Of a stretch of 38,329 nt of DNA, positions 16,501-24,940 are shown one piece after another. The position numbers and the translations under genes were made by a program. The notes below the pieces were generated by a model. The model did not search any database, was not told the DNA's origin, and saw nothing but the letters and a program-made list of their open reading frames with translations. Source of the DNA: a virus; the UHGV virus genome UHGV-1488451; one strand, written 5' to 3'. Position 1 is the stretch's first letter. The number at the start of each line of letters is the position of its first letter.

Positions 16501-19500
16501 GTCCCCCAACGCCTGCAAACCGGCCTGCATCAGGTTCCACGTTGGTGTAACAACCGTGTCGAACACCCACTTGATGCCAGCGCCAAGACCGTTCCACACA
16601 GCCTTGATGAACTCGACCATCGGGTTAAACACATTGTTGGCCAGCCATGTGATTCCCGCGATCATTAAATCCCAGGTGGGTTTGATGATCGTGTCCCACG
16701 CGAATCGAATGGCAAGGCTCAGGCCGTCCCACTCGAATTTGATGAAACCGAAAATCGGCATGAGGACGTTGTTCCACATGAAGTTTGCCGCGCCTTGCAG
16801 CAAATCCCACGCGGGTTTAATCACGTTGTCCCAACCAGCTTTGATGCCCCATGACAGGGCTTCCCAGGCCAGCAGCAGCGGTGTCAGCACGATCGTTCCG
16901 ATCAGCGCCAGGCCAAACTTCGCCGCGTACTCCAACGCGTCCCACGCCGGTTTGATCAGCGTGTTCCACGCCCAGGCGATGCCAGCGGAAATAGCATTCC
17001 ACGTGTCACCCAGGAACTGGATACCAACACGCACAGCATCAGCCAAGTAGTTGCCCACCCATTGGATGACCACACCAACCACACTGATTAGCGGGTTGAA
17101 ACCATTGGTGATAATCCACGACAAAATGTTCGTGGCCTGCGACAAAATCCACGCTAATCCCTCAACGGCTTTCACCGCCCCAAGGATTGCGCCCACCACC
17201 ACGCCACCAACAATGATACCGATGGTTTGCAGCACCGGCATCAGCACCGGTTCAAGCAGGTTCCACAGCTGCACAAGCAGATTCCACAAGCCTTGCAGCG
17301 CACCCCACACAGCACCCGTGATCGTCTGGCCAAGACTATTCAAAGTCGTGGCCAAGGTCGTGACAGTGTTCCACAGGCTCGTGAAAGTGCCACTCAGCGA
17401 ATCCACAATTATGCCGCGAATCCACTCCATTGCATTACCGACGGTGGTGAAAGCATCAGCAATCATCTGCGCTTTGTCCGCGCCGAAAAGGGCGGTCAGC
17501 CCGCCGATGCCAGCATCATCGCCCTGGAACGCGGCGAACAGCTCACCAATGGATGCCTTCACATTCTGGAACGCAACGCCCATGCGCTCAGCAAAATCAA
17601 CAATCGCCTGGGCTTTATCAGCCCCGAAGATCGCCATGAGGCCACCAAACCCGGCGTCGCCGCCGTTGAAAGCCTCAGTGATTTCACCCCACGCGGCTTT
17701 CAGGTTGCTGAACAGAGTGAACACCGGCTGTAGGGCTTGCCCCATGAAGCTGGTGAACTCGCCCCAAATCCGCTTGCCCGTCTCGGTCTTCGTGAAGAAC
17801 AAGACCAGGGCACCAACAACGGCGGCTATGCCAGCGACAATCAAGCCTATGGGGTTGATCAGCATGGCTGTGTTCAAGCCCATTTGTGCGGCCGTGGCCT
17901 GCAAAGTGCCCGCGCGCTGCGCCGCAAGCAGGGCAGGCAAAACTTTCATCTGCGCTGCAAACGAACTAATCGCAGACACCGCAAACAAACCAGCCTGCGC
18001 CGCCCGCAAAGCAGCCATGCCAGCAACAACACCACCAACAGCGCCGCCAATAACAACCAGCAAATCCTTATTGCGGCCCAGCCACTCAGCCACAGCAGGA
18101 AGCTGATTAGTCAACGCGCCAATGGAGTTCCCCAGACGATCACCCCACGCCGAAAGCGTAGGCTCAGCCAAGGCGTACAGCTGCAGCTGCAAATCATCAA
18201 TCGCGTTTCCGATACGGTCCATCACACCATTCAGGCCAGCGAGCTTAGCCCCCGCAGTTTCACCAGCGGAGCCTTGCCGGTCGAGAGAAGCACGCAGCTT
18301 ATCAAACCCCTCGACACCACTGTTCGCCGCAGTAGTCGCAAACGATACAGCCTCACGCCCAAACGCGGTTGCAGCAGCGGCGGTAAACGCACTCTCACCC
18401 ATGCGGTCCTGCGCGGCCGCCAGCTGCGCGGTGATTTCCCGCATACCCACGAACTTGCCTTGCGCATCGAACGCATTGACACCCATCTCAGCAAGCGCCT
18501 TAGCGCCTTCTTTTGACGGGTTAGTAAGCGACAGCAACGCCGAACGCATCGCCGTACCAGCCTCGGAACCCTTGATGCCAAGGTTGGCGAACAAGCCAAG
18601 ATACGTACTCGCATCCTGCAAAGACACACCCAGAGTGGAGGCAATAGGTGCCGTGTACTTGATGGAGTCGCCTAGCTCAGTCAAGCCTGTAGCACTGTTA
18701 TTAGCGGTGTTAGTCAACACGTCAGCAACAAGTGACGCATCCTTAGCCGCCAGGTGGAAACCATTCAACGCCGCGATCTGAATATCAGCAGCAGTGCCAG
18801 CATCAACCTGAGCAGCACCCGCAAGCTGAATGGAACCCTTTGCCGCGTCCATAGCATCAGACACCGACAAACCACCCTTAGCCAACGCCAGCATCGCATC
18901 AGTAGCAGATGCGGCACTAGTGCCAGCCAGGGTTTCATCGTTGCCAAGGTCGCGGGCACGCTGCGACACCATCTTCATAGTGTCCCCAGTCGAACCCGTC
19001 ACAGCCTGCAACGACCCCATCACCTGCGACAGCTCACGGCCTTTACCAATGGCATCACCAAAAAACGCGGCACCACCAGCAACACCAAGACCACCAGCAA
19101 TAACCCCACCAAGACGACCAACCGTCCCCACAAGGGAACTAATCTTCCCGCCCACACTATCCACATCACCAGAAAGGCTCAGCGCCCAAGCCTTCGACTT
19201 CTCAGCCGCGCCAGTGAACGTGAAACCAGTCTTCTTAACCTGGTCCCCAACATGCCCAGCAGCCTCAGCAGCCTTACGCTGCGACGCTGCGGCGTCCTCC
19301 ATTGTGGCCTTGTACAGTTTCTCCTTGGCGCTCACCTGGTCGTTGGCGTTCGCTAAATCAACCTTAGCTTTCTTAAGCTCCCCCTCCGACTTCACCAAAG
19401 CAAGTGACGCACGGTCAGACTGGCGTTTAGCAGTCTCTAGCTCACGCTCCGCGCGCTGAACCTCCTTCGAGTCAGCGTCATTAGCGTTACGCGCGTCCTG

Positions 19501-20076
19501 AAGTTTCTTCTCCGCAGCCGCGACTTTCTCATTAGCTGCGGCGACTTTATCCCGCTGCTCCCCCACAGCAAGATCAGCGGCCTTTACCTTCCCCGATGCC
19601 TCAGCTGCGGCAATACGAGCCTTCCCAAGGTTATCCTCAGTACGTGCCACCTGAGCCGCGGTTGCGACGCCGCCCTCACGAATAGCCTTAAGGTCAGTCT
19701 CACCACGTGCGACCTGGGCGGTAGCCTGATCAAGCTTGGCTTTGGCCACTGCCGCATCAGACTCCGCGCGCGCCACCTGCGACGCCGTGGCCGTGCTGCT
19801 GTTACGCGCCTGCTGCAGTCGCTCCTCAGCCACCGCAACATCCTGCGCCGCCTGCGCCTCAGCCTTACGGGCCGCAGCAACCACGCGGGTTTGCTTCTCG
19901 ACGCCCTCAGCCAGCGCGGCACCGGCGTTCTGGCCGGACTTCTCAAAGCTCTTCTCGATCAGGGCGCCAGCATCATCAGCAGCCTTCGACGCGCCCTTCA
20001 CCACCTCAGCGGCGAAACCACGCATCGAAGCATTAACCGGAACCCACACAGTAGACGCCACCGCGCCACACTCCAA
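13561..20076 (-). CDS. Tail tape measure protein with embedded NlpC/P60-like peptidase and SLT-like lytic transglycosylase domains
   Basis: 2171 aa; N-terminal coiled coil, Gly/Ala TM-like stretches, W-rich periodic repeats, motif WDCSGLW (about 15784-15804) and QSESGG...GVGLLQIIPGTF (about 15071-15099). Confidence 0.9.
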   Translation of the reverse strand: MECGAVASTVWVPVNASMRGFAAEVVKGASKAADDAGALIEKSFEKSGQNAGAALAEGVEKQTRVVAAARKAEAQAAQDVAVAEERLQQARNSSTATASQVARAESDAAVAKAKLDQATAQVARGETDLKAIREGGVATAAQVARTEDNLGKARIAAAEASGKVKAADLAVGEQRDKVAAANEKVAAAEKKLQDARNANDADSKEVQRAERELETAKRQSDRASLALVKSEGELKKAKVDLANANDQVSAKEKLYKATMEDAAASQRKAAEAAGHVGDQVKKTGFTFTGAAEKSKAWALSLSGDVDSVGGKISSLVGTVGRLGGVIAGGLGVAGGAAFFGDAIGKGRELSQVMGSLQAVTGSTGDTMKMVSQRARDLGNDETLAGTSAASATDAMLALAKGGLSVSDAMDAAKGSIQLAGAAQVDAGTAADIQIAALNGFHLAAKDASLVADVLTNTANNSATGLTELGDSIKYTAPIASTLGVSLQDASTYLGLFANLGIKGSEAGTAMRSALLSLTNPSKEGAKALAEMGVNAFDAQGKFVGMREITAQLAAAQDRMGESAFTAAAATAFGREAVSFATTAANSGVEGFDKLRASLDRQGSAGETAGAKLAGLNGVMDRIGNAIDDLQLQLYALAEPTLSAWGDRLGNSIGALTNQLPAVAEWLGRNKDLLVVIGGAVGGVVAGMAALRAAQAGLFAVSAISSFAAQMKVLPALLAAQRAGTLQATAAQMGLNTAMLINPIGLIVAGIAAVVGALVLFFTKTETGKRIWGEFTSFMGQALQPVFTLFSNLKAAWGEITEAFNGGDAGFGGLMAIFGADKAQAIVDFAERMGVAFQNVKASIGELFAAFQGDDAGIGGLTALFGADKAQMIADAFTTVGNAMEWIRGIIVDSLSGTFTSLWNTVTTLATTLNSLGQTITGAVWGALQGLWNLLVQLWNLLEPVLMPVLQTIGIIVGGVVVGAILGAVKAVEGLAWILSQATNILSWIITNGFNPLISVVGVVIQWVGNYLADAVRVGIQFLGDTWNAISAGIAWAWNTLIKPAWDALEYAAKFGLALIGTIVLTPLLLAWEALSWGIKAGWDNVIKPAWDLLQGAANFMWNNVLMPIFGFIKFEWDGLSLAIRFAWDTIIKPTWDLMIAGITWLANNVFNPMVEFIKAVWNGLGAGIKWVFDTVVTPTWNLMQAGLQALGDFFSSIWNGYIKPTWEALGNGIRWVADNVVHPVFNGLKDGLTKVKDWFSQTVDNIGRIWDGIKDKTKKPVEFVVNTVYNGGIRKAWNTVAKLVGLGELPEHHFATGGVLPGYSPGKDIHHFYSPTGGLLGLSGGEAIMRPEVTKAMGGKPAVDALNKAAIGGGVSRVKKMLGEGAAFARGGVYRALAFAKGGVFPNGGTDQRDHLTERIAALFNELKSEHGKPYQYGGTGNPSWDCSGLWSGITQFLNGGSLRAGRIFNTESNFGNFGFVPGLSGRVTIGVLSGKGGGENGHMAGTIDGVNLESAGDHGVQIGGAARGSDNSLFNHTYTLKEFLGEFISGGAGGGGGFNLGAMVKGLWDAAINKIGDFPGKEQHGDFGKLPGAIAKTLADKAWDFIKSKVGTFSGAAGVAGNAESWREMAMAAMRRQGFNADDPAQVNAMLAQIQSESGGNPGIAQQIVDVNGTGDSAGVGLLQIIPGTFAANRDPELPNDRRDPWANMNAALRYYKSRYGTDLTTMWGHGHGYDSGGWLKPTPGGFGTYWNHTGKPEAVLTAEQWDMLERNFGDLRNAIPALVELGNKGPAAWKQAADALMHVINTGEYLGADATHLEEDHPAVVAALAAHQGIVNAQNEVKRWQDAGAYGAGIANEVFWKTLGNKSPDALAQDAFFEFIGGGNGLIKKLATTPPDKLAPVPDWFTRDQKKKEEEQAKQAGDSNTAASGVDGAAAAVADAKPENPQDINPTGPQINPVDAAREELTTAFHGGDDGFGGLGQLIGDTHAKTLVNATGNFGRMVRNSLAANVAEEFTTAFNGGDYGYGATAGVVGEERAKFLVNKAADAGAAWGELGAAFNGGDDGFGGLASLMEDIDAAHGLVNLAGWAGQRARGGTRLYDQGGVLPHEGAAVNLSGKPEAILTNDQWGVLKQIADKGDGGQLTLVVNVDGEEVLRQRVEAVEGKVEVNTKDLKKIKGERHVGGAPTVLT

Positions 20077-20867
20077 TCAGATTTCAAGACTCTTCAAATA
20101 CGCAAGTGCCTCCTCCTGGGTGTGATCACCCAGGGAACCAATGCGTGAAGAATTAGCGTTCTTAATCTCCGACCACGGATAGGCAGGTGTTTCTTCGGCC
20201 GGCATTTTTGCTTTGCTGTTTCCGTTCACGCGGGCCAGCAAAACCTGTGTTTCCCACGTCGCCCACAACAGCCGCCACAACAGGGAGTCGGTAATGCCGT
20301 AGGGCTTGCCGTCGGTTTGATGCCAACGCGCCGGGGAATCCTTAGGCAGGTTCTCAACAAGGACGCGGAGTTTCCGCAAGGTGATCTCACCCCGCCAGAA
20401 CTCCGCCATAACATCCCTGTGGTACGCCTGCTCTAGTGACGCTTCGAGGACTTCCGCGCCACCGCACGACGCTGCAAGCGATTCAACGGTGAAGATTTTC
20501 CCTCACTGTTGACAGCCTCCATAGCTTTGCGATGCTCAGCGAACACCAAGCCCCACAGAGACGACGAGCCACCAGCCTCGAGGAACCGGTCGTACTCTTC
20601 CTCACCCATGAACCAGGCACACAAATCAGGCCCGTACTCTGGCAGGTCATTCAGCTCATCCAACTGGGCATCATTCAGGAACATCGGGTCAGCGAAAGTA
20701 AAGGTTTCACCCTTGAATGTGAAGGCGATACGGTCACCCTCAATGCCGGTGGCTTCCTTCCGCTGAGCGATCAAAGTATCCAAATCATAGGACATGGCAG
20801 ACCCCTTCCAAAGTCTCACAAGCAGGCCAAACAACAAAAGGTTGGTGGGGGCGGGCCTGCCAAACAC
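20077..20867 (-). CDS. Tail assembly chaperone GT-type fusion product made by programmed -1 frameshift at 20496-20502
   Basis: Zero frame ends ...NSEGKSSPLNRLQRRAVARKSSKRH at 20433; the -1 frame opens right after a TGA exactly at heptamer G_GGA_AAA and runs to the tape measure start. Confidence 0.6.
20433..20867 (-). CDS. Tail assembly chaperone (G-like, zero-frame product)
   Basis: 144-aa acidic protein immediately upstream of tape measure. Confidence 0.7.
   Translation of the reverse strand: MFGRPAPTNLLLFGLLVRLWKGSAMSYDLDTLIAQRKEATGIEGDRIAFTFKGETFTFADPMFLNDAQLDELNDLPEYGPDLCAWFMGEEEYDRFLEAGGSSSLWGLVFAEHRKAMEAVNSEGKSSPLNRLQRRAVARKSSKRH
20496..20502 (-). promoter_or_regulatory. Slippery heptamer GGGAAAA (X_XXY_YYZ) for -1 ribosomal frameshifting
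   Basis: Plus strand reads ttttccc; on minus strand the zero-frame codons are gaG GGA AAA. Confidence 0.6.
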
Positions 20868-20888
20868 TCCCCCACCACCACCTAAAAT

Positions 20889-20915
20889 GCTGGCCTTTGA
20901 TAACCCGGGGCCAGC
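20889..20915 (-). terminator. Stem-loop (GCTGGCC / GGCCAGC) followed by a T-run on minus strand, downstream of major tail gene
   Basis: 7-bp perfect stem, 13-nt loop, then ATTTTA on minus strand. Confidence 0.4.
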
Positions 20916-20947
20916 AAGAAACCGGGGATTCGAACAACAATCAGACG

Positions 20948-21895
20948 CTAAGCATCAGCAATGACAAGCTGCAGTTTCTGCGTCGCAGTGCGCTTTTTAC
21001 CATCCTCCACCTTGAAGGTGATCTCAGTGGTACTAGCAGCCGTCGGGCTGCCCGTGATCTTGCCGTCCTTGTTCAGACTCAGGCCAGCGGGCAGGGCGGG
21101 CGTGCCGTCAACAGACCAGTTGTAGGGGGCCTCACCACCAAGTGCAGCAAGGGTGACGGAATACTCCTGGCCCTTCGTGCCAGCAGGCAGCTGCTGGGTC
21201 TGCACCTTAAGCGGCACAGCACCATCATCAGATGAAGACGTGGCGCCCTTAGCGCCGGAACCATCCCAGCCAGCGGAGAACAGCCACCGCGCGGTCTTGC
21301 CGGACAGCTGCTGATCTGCGTATTCCTTGCCAGCGGGGAAACCAGTCAGGGTGATTTCCAGGCCGATAGCGTCTTCACGCTTGAACGTCATGCCGGAGCG
21401 GCCGGTAACCTGAGCATCAAGCAGGGTGATGCGCATGGCCTTGTCGCCGTCAACGACGTCGAGCACGCACTGTTGGTGCTCAAACTCAGGCAGGTTGCCT
21501 TCATCGAAGTACCAGGAACCGTCGTCGTTGACCTTGATCTGACCACCGGGGACACCAAAGTACAGGCTCGCGTTGTCACGCGTGAACTGCCACAGAGTGA
21601 CCTTGATTGCCTTCACAGACTTCGTGATGTCACGACGAATAGGCAGGGCCTCCTGCCACGGAATGAACTCGTTAGTGTCCTCGTCGAAACTGATTTCCAC
21701 ACCATCCGGGCTGATGTAACCACGGTTCAGGTAGATGCTGGTGTCGTACTTTTCCTTGAAATCGGTCATGACTTTGGTGCCGATTGCTGCGGTTCGCAGC
21801 GCACCGGTGACACCGACGCGCAGGGCGGCGGCTTCGAATCCTTCGAGGGTTGCCTGTTCGGCCATTTGTTTTCCTCCTGTTGCGGAATGCCCCAC
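20948..21895 (-). CDS. Major tail protein with C-terminal Ig-like domain
   Basis: C-terminal LPAGTKGQEYSVTLAALGGEAPYNWSVDGTPALPAGLSLNKDGKITG resembles putative bacterial Ig-like domains; likely start ATG 21865 after GGAGG. Confidence 0.75.
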   Translation of the reverse strand: MGHSATGGKQMAEQATLEGFEAAALRVGVTGALRTAAIGTKVMTDFKEKYDTSIYLNRGYISPDGVEISFDEDTNEFIPWQEALPIRRDITKSVKAIKVTLWQFTRDNASLYFGVPGGQIKVNDDGSWYFDEGNLPEFEHQQCVLDVVDGDKAMRITLLDAQVTGRSGMTFKREDAIGLEITLTGFPAGKEYADQQLSGKTARWLFSAGWDGSGAKGATSSSDDGAVPLKVQTQQLPAGTKGQEYSVTLAALGGEAPYNWSVDGTPALPAGLSLNKDGKITGSPTAASTTEITFKVEDGKKRTATQKLQLVIADA

Positions 21896-21932
21896 CCGGG
21901 TTTCGGATGGGGCGTAGATTTGCTTACTTTCT

Positions 21933-22337
21933 CTATGTGGGCACGTGAAGTGTCACTGTGACACCAAGGCGGCGTATGTGCGGGTTGTAGTCAGGCCGCG
22001 TCGAGAACCCGGGGCAATCAACATAAGTCACATTCGCCCCTGCATAGTTCGGGAGATTATGCATCAACTGCCTAATCAAAACCCCAGTGGGATGAGCCAA
22101 CGCCCGCGACGCCGCGAACACGTCAATGTCCAACACGACGAAATCCCGAACGGGCCCACGCCCACCCCACGCGACAACCTCCTCACCTGGGAGCAGGTCA
22201 ACCATCACATACGGCAACTGCTGGTCAAGCTCCCCAGGCGGGGGCATACGGTCAGCCACAGTCACATCAGGCAAGGTGGAGGAAAGCATCTCAATCACCA
22301 TGCGCAAAGTATCTGACCAGGCGCGATCATTCATCAA
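21933..22337 (-). CDS. Head-tail joining protein (tail terminator candidate)
   Basis: 134-aa ORF between connector genes and major tail gene. Confidence 0.45.
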   Translation of the reverse strand: MMNDRAWSDTLRMVIEMLSSTLPDVTVADRMPPPGELDQQLPYVMVDLLPGEEVVAWGGRGPVRDFVVLDIDVFAASRALAHPTGVLIRQLMHNLPNYAGANVTYVDCPGFSTRPDYNPHIRRLGVTVTLHVPT

Positions 22338-22338
22338 C

Positions 22339-22629
22339 TTACTTCACCTCCCTTGCCGCACGCCGTAAGGCGCGTATGCGCTTCTTCTCCGACGTGCCGT
22401 ACTCTTCATCGCTTTCGGAAACCACGTCGTATGAGGCACGGCCGTTCGCGTGGTATCGACGCCGAACATCAATGACGGCTTCACCGCCTTCACGCAGGGT
22501 TATTTGCCTAGCGCGCGCCGCGATCTTCGCTGCCTGCTGCTCAGTGCCACCCACAACCTGATCTGTATCCATGACCTGCTTGAACAGGTCATCTAGGTCA
22601 AGCTCAACCCGGGTTGATTCCCTACCCAT
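22339..22629 (-). CDS. Head-tail joining protein (hypothetical)
   Basis: 96-aa ORF in neck-gene block. Confidence 0.4.
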   Translation of the reverse strand: MGRESTRVELDLDDLFKQVMDTDQVVGGTEQQAAKIAARARQITLREGGEAVIDVRRRYHANGRASYDVVSESDEEYGTSEKKRIRALRRAAREVK

Positions 22630-22978
22630 GAATCACCTTCAACCTGGCCTCCACATGATGCACCCGGCCAGTAAACGGGTCAGGCCATTTCATCGGAGTG
22701 CCGTCGACATCCAACACCAGTGAGCCACCAACCCGCACACGGTCACCCGCCCGCAGGTCAATATCAAACCCAATCTGGGTGTACAGCATGAACACCGTTG
22801 TCAGAGTGCCAGCACGGCCAGAATCCTCCGACGTGGAAACCGGCTGCACACTCACCAAATGCGGATACGCGATAACCTCCGGGTCGTCAAACGACGCGGT
22901 TCCACGCTTCGGGTTATAAGGGTCTCGCACCAACTTGGGGCGCAGAACCTCCACCGACTGATTGAAAATCAAGCTCAT
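22622..22978 (-). CDS. Head-tail joining / head closure protein candidate
   Basis: 118-aa ORF, overlapping stop/start with neighbours. Confidence 0.45.
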   Translation of the reverse strand: MSLIFNQSVEVLRPKLVRDPYNPKRGTASFDDPEVIAYPHLVSVQPVSTSEDSGRAGTLTTVFMLYTQIGFDIDLRAGDRVRVGGSLVLDVDGTPMKWPDPFTGRVHHVEARLKVIHG

Positions 22979-23478
22979 GGCAACGGCCCCAACTTATACA
23001 GGTCAACGATGCGCCACTCCGACGACTGCGGCGTCGCACCAGTCGCAGCACCAACACTGATACTGCCAACACTGATGTTCCCCGCAGGGCGCATGGACCT
23101 AGCTGCCATTTCCAACGCCACAGCTGCTAAATCAGGTGCCGCATCATGACCGTGCGTAATCGTCACGGCGACATTCCTGAACCCACATGGGAAACCCCCA
23201 CGCCGATGCAGCAGACCATCATCCGACCAGCCGATCTTATCGATGCCAATCTGTTCACCATTCACAGTGAGCGCCGTGACGTCGACGAGTCGTTTCGTTG
23301 GGAGAATCATGGTCTCATCCCCAGTGCCGTCTAAGCGCAGGGTTTCCGTTCGGCGTGGCCACACATGCCAGCCGCAGAGTTGCCGGATGGTGGCCACGGC
23401 CTTGTCGATCTGGTCTTGTGTGGGGCGTTCACCGCCAACAGCCGTGGCCATGCTTGGGATTAGACCGTGGTCATTCAC
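22975..23478 (-). CDS. Head-tail connector (adaptor) protein candidate
   Basis: 167-aa ORF following capsid gene. Confidence 0.45.
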   Translation of the reverse strand: MNDHGLIPSMATAVGGERPTQDQIDKAVATIRQLCGWHVWPRRTETLRLDGTGDETMILPTKRLVDVTALTVNGEQIGIDKIGWSDDGLLHRRGGFPCGFRNVAVTITHGHDAAPDLAAVALEMAARSMRPAGNISVGSISVGAATGATPQSSEWRIVDLYKLGPLP

Positions 23479-23489
23479 CCCACACCTCC

Positions 23490-23723
23490 TTACTCGGCGG
23501 CCTCAGCCTCAGCATCAGTAGTGTCTGCGGCTGCGGCTGCTTTCTTGGTTGTACGTTTCGGGGTTGCCTCCACTGGCTCAGTAACCTCAGCCTCCGCCGG
23601 TGCCGCAGAGGAATCATCCTCAACCAGCACAGCATCAGGGAAATCACGCTGCTGGTGAATCTCAGTCAGCAGCAGCACCGTCTCAAACCCATCATGAAAC
23701 GTCACACGATACGGACGCAACAT
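23490..23723 (-). CDS. Small acidic protein (hypothetical, head-associated)
   Basis: 77 aa, A/E/T-rich C-terminus, directly downstream of capsid gene. Confidence 0.4.
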   Translation of the reverse strand: MLRPYRVTFHDGFETVLLLTEIHQQRDFPDAVLVEDDSSAAPAEAEVTEPVEATPKRTTKKAAAAADTTDAEAEAAE

Positions 23724-23725
23724 GA

Positions 23726-24940
23726 CTACGCACCCGCCGTCAGCGTCACCTTGACGAAAGCCGAAGGCAGCGGAACCATCAGACCGATACGCTCCTCAGC
23801 ACGCAAAGTAACAAGGTTCTTCTCGAAATCATCAGCGTTGGTGTTCGAGGAATCCACACGCAAACCACCCTTGCGGAGGATGGTGGAACCCTGACGGAAC
23901 GCACCCACAAGGGCGGTACCCTTCGGAATGTTGTTCGTCACAACAGTACGGTAGCCCCACACCGGCGGGTCAACCAGAATGCCACCAACACCGTACTGAC
24001 CCTGGAACGGGCCACCAGCAATGTACTGGCCGTTACCGTCCTTAGCGAGACGCAGAACCTCATAGTCAGCGGTGTTCATGATGATGCCGTCAGCAGTCAG
24101 CGGGGTTGCCTGAGCAACCTTAGAGATCGCACTGTACAGGTCATCAAACCAATTGGCTTTCTTAGCAGACGTCACCGTCTGAATGCCGGAGCGGTTCAGG
24201 ATGCCACGCACATTGCTGCCCGTGCCGTCGCCGCTGATCAGCTGCTTTTCCTCCACAACGGAAAGCTCGTAGATGAGCTGGTTGTTAATCCAGTCAGCCA
24301 CGAACCCGAAGTCCGCGATCATCTCGTCGGAAAGCTTCGTCAACGCGGCGATCTTCGACAGAGATTCAGTCACAATGTCAAGATCAGCGAACCGGACATA
24401 GGGTTTCTGCGCCCCCTCAGCCACAGACGCAGGCGCACCCTCGGCGATGCGGTTGGCCTTCTCCACCAAATATTTGATGGTGGGGAGGTCCACATTCGCG
24501 GAACCCATCAGGTCAGCGGCAACCAGCTTCTCACGACGCTGGTTAACAATGCTGCGCTGGTACATGGTGCCGAAACCATCAACCAGCGGGGTTGTCTTAG
24601 CCGGGTCGCCAGCGGCCTTGAACTCAGGTGCGGAAATCTCCAGGCGTCGGGAACCTTGCTGCTTAAGGCTTTCGCCAGCAGACTTCACGAAATGCTCACC
24701 CAGGGATTTAGCCTCAGGCTGCAGCGGGGTTTCACCGGTGTCGATGTTGCGCAGCTTCTCGAAAACCGAGTTGGCTTCCTTCACCTTTGCAAGTTCAGCG
24801 TCGAGGGCTTCGGCCTCGTGGAGGGCTTCTTTCAGTTCGGCGAGCTGCGCATCTGTCACCTCCTCGCCAAACTGCGAGTAGAGGCTTTTTGCATGGTCAA
24901 ACGCGGCGTCACGACGCTTACGCAGGGTTTTGTTACCCAT
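23726..24940 (-). CDS. Major capsid protein (HK97 fold) with N-terminal coiled-coil delta-like region
   Basis: 404 aa; position after protease; N-terminal coiled coil AQLAELKEALHEAEALDAELAKVKE; AAAGGAG before ATG. Confidence 0.85.
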   Translation of the reverse strand: MGNKTLRKRRDAAFDHAKSLYSQFGEEVTDAQLAELKEALHEAEALDAELAKVKEANSVFEKLRNIDTGETPLQPEAKSLGEHFVKSAGESLKQQGSRRLEISAPEFKAAGDPAKTTPLVDGFGTMYQRSIVNQRREKLVAADLMGSANVDLPTIKYLVEKANRIAEGAPASVAEGAQKPYVRFADLDIVTESLSKIAALTKLSDEMIADFGFVADWINNQLIYELSVVEEKQLISGDGTGSNVRGILNRSGIQTVTSAKKANWFDDLYSAISKVAQATPLTADGIIMNTADYEVLRLAKDGNGQYIAGGPFQGQYGVGGILVDPPVWGYRTVVTNNIPKGTALVGAFRQGSTILRKGGLRVDSSNTNADDFEKNLVTLRAEERIGLMVPLPSAFVKVTLTAGA

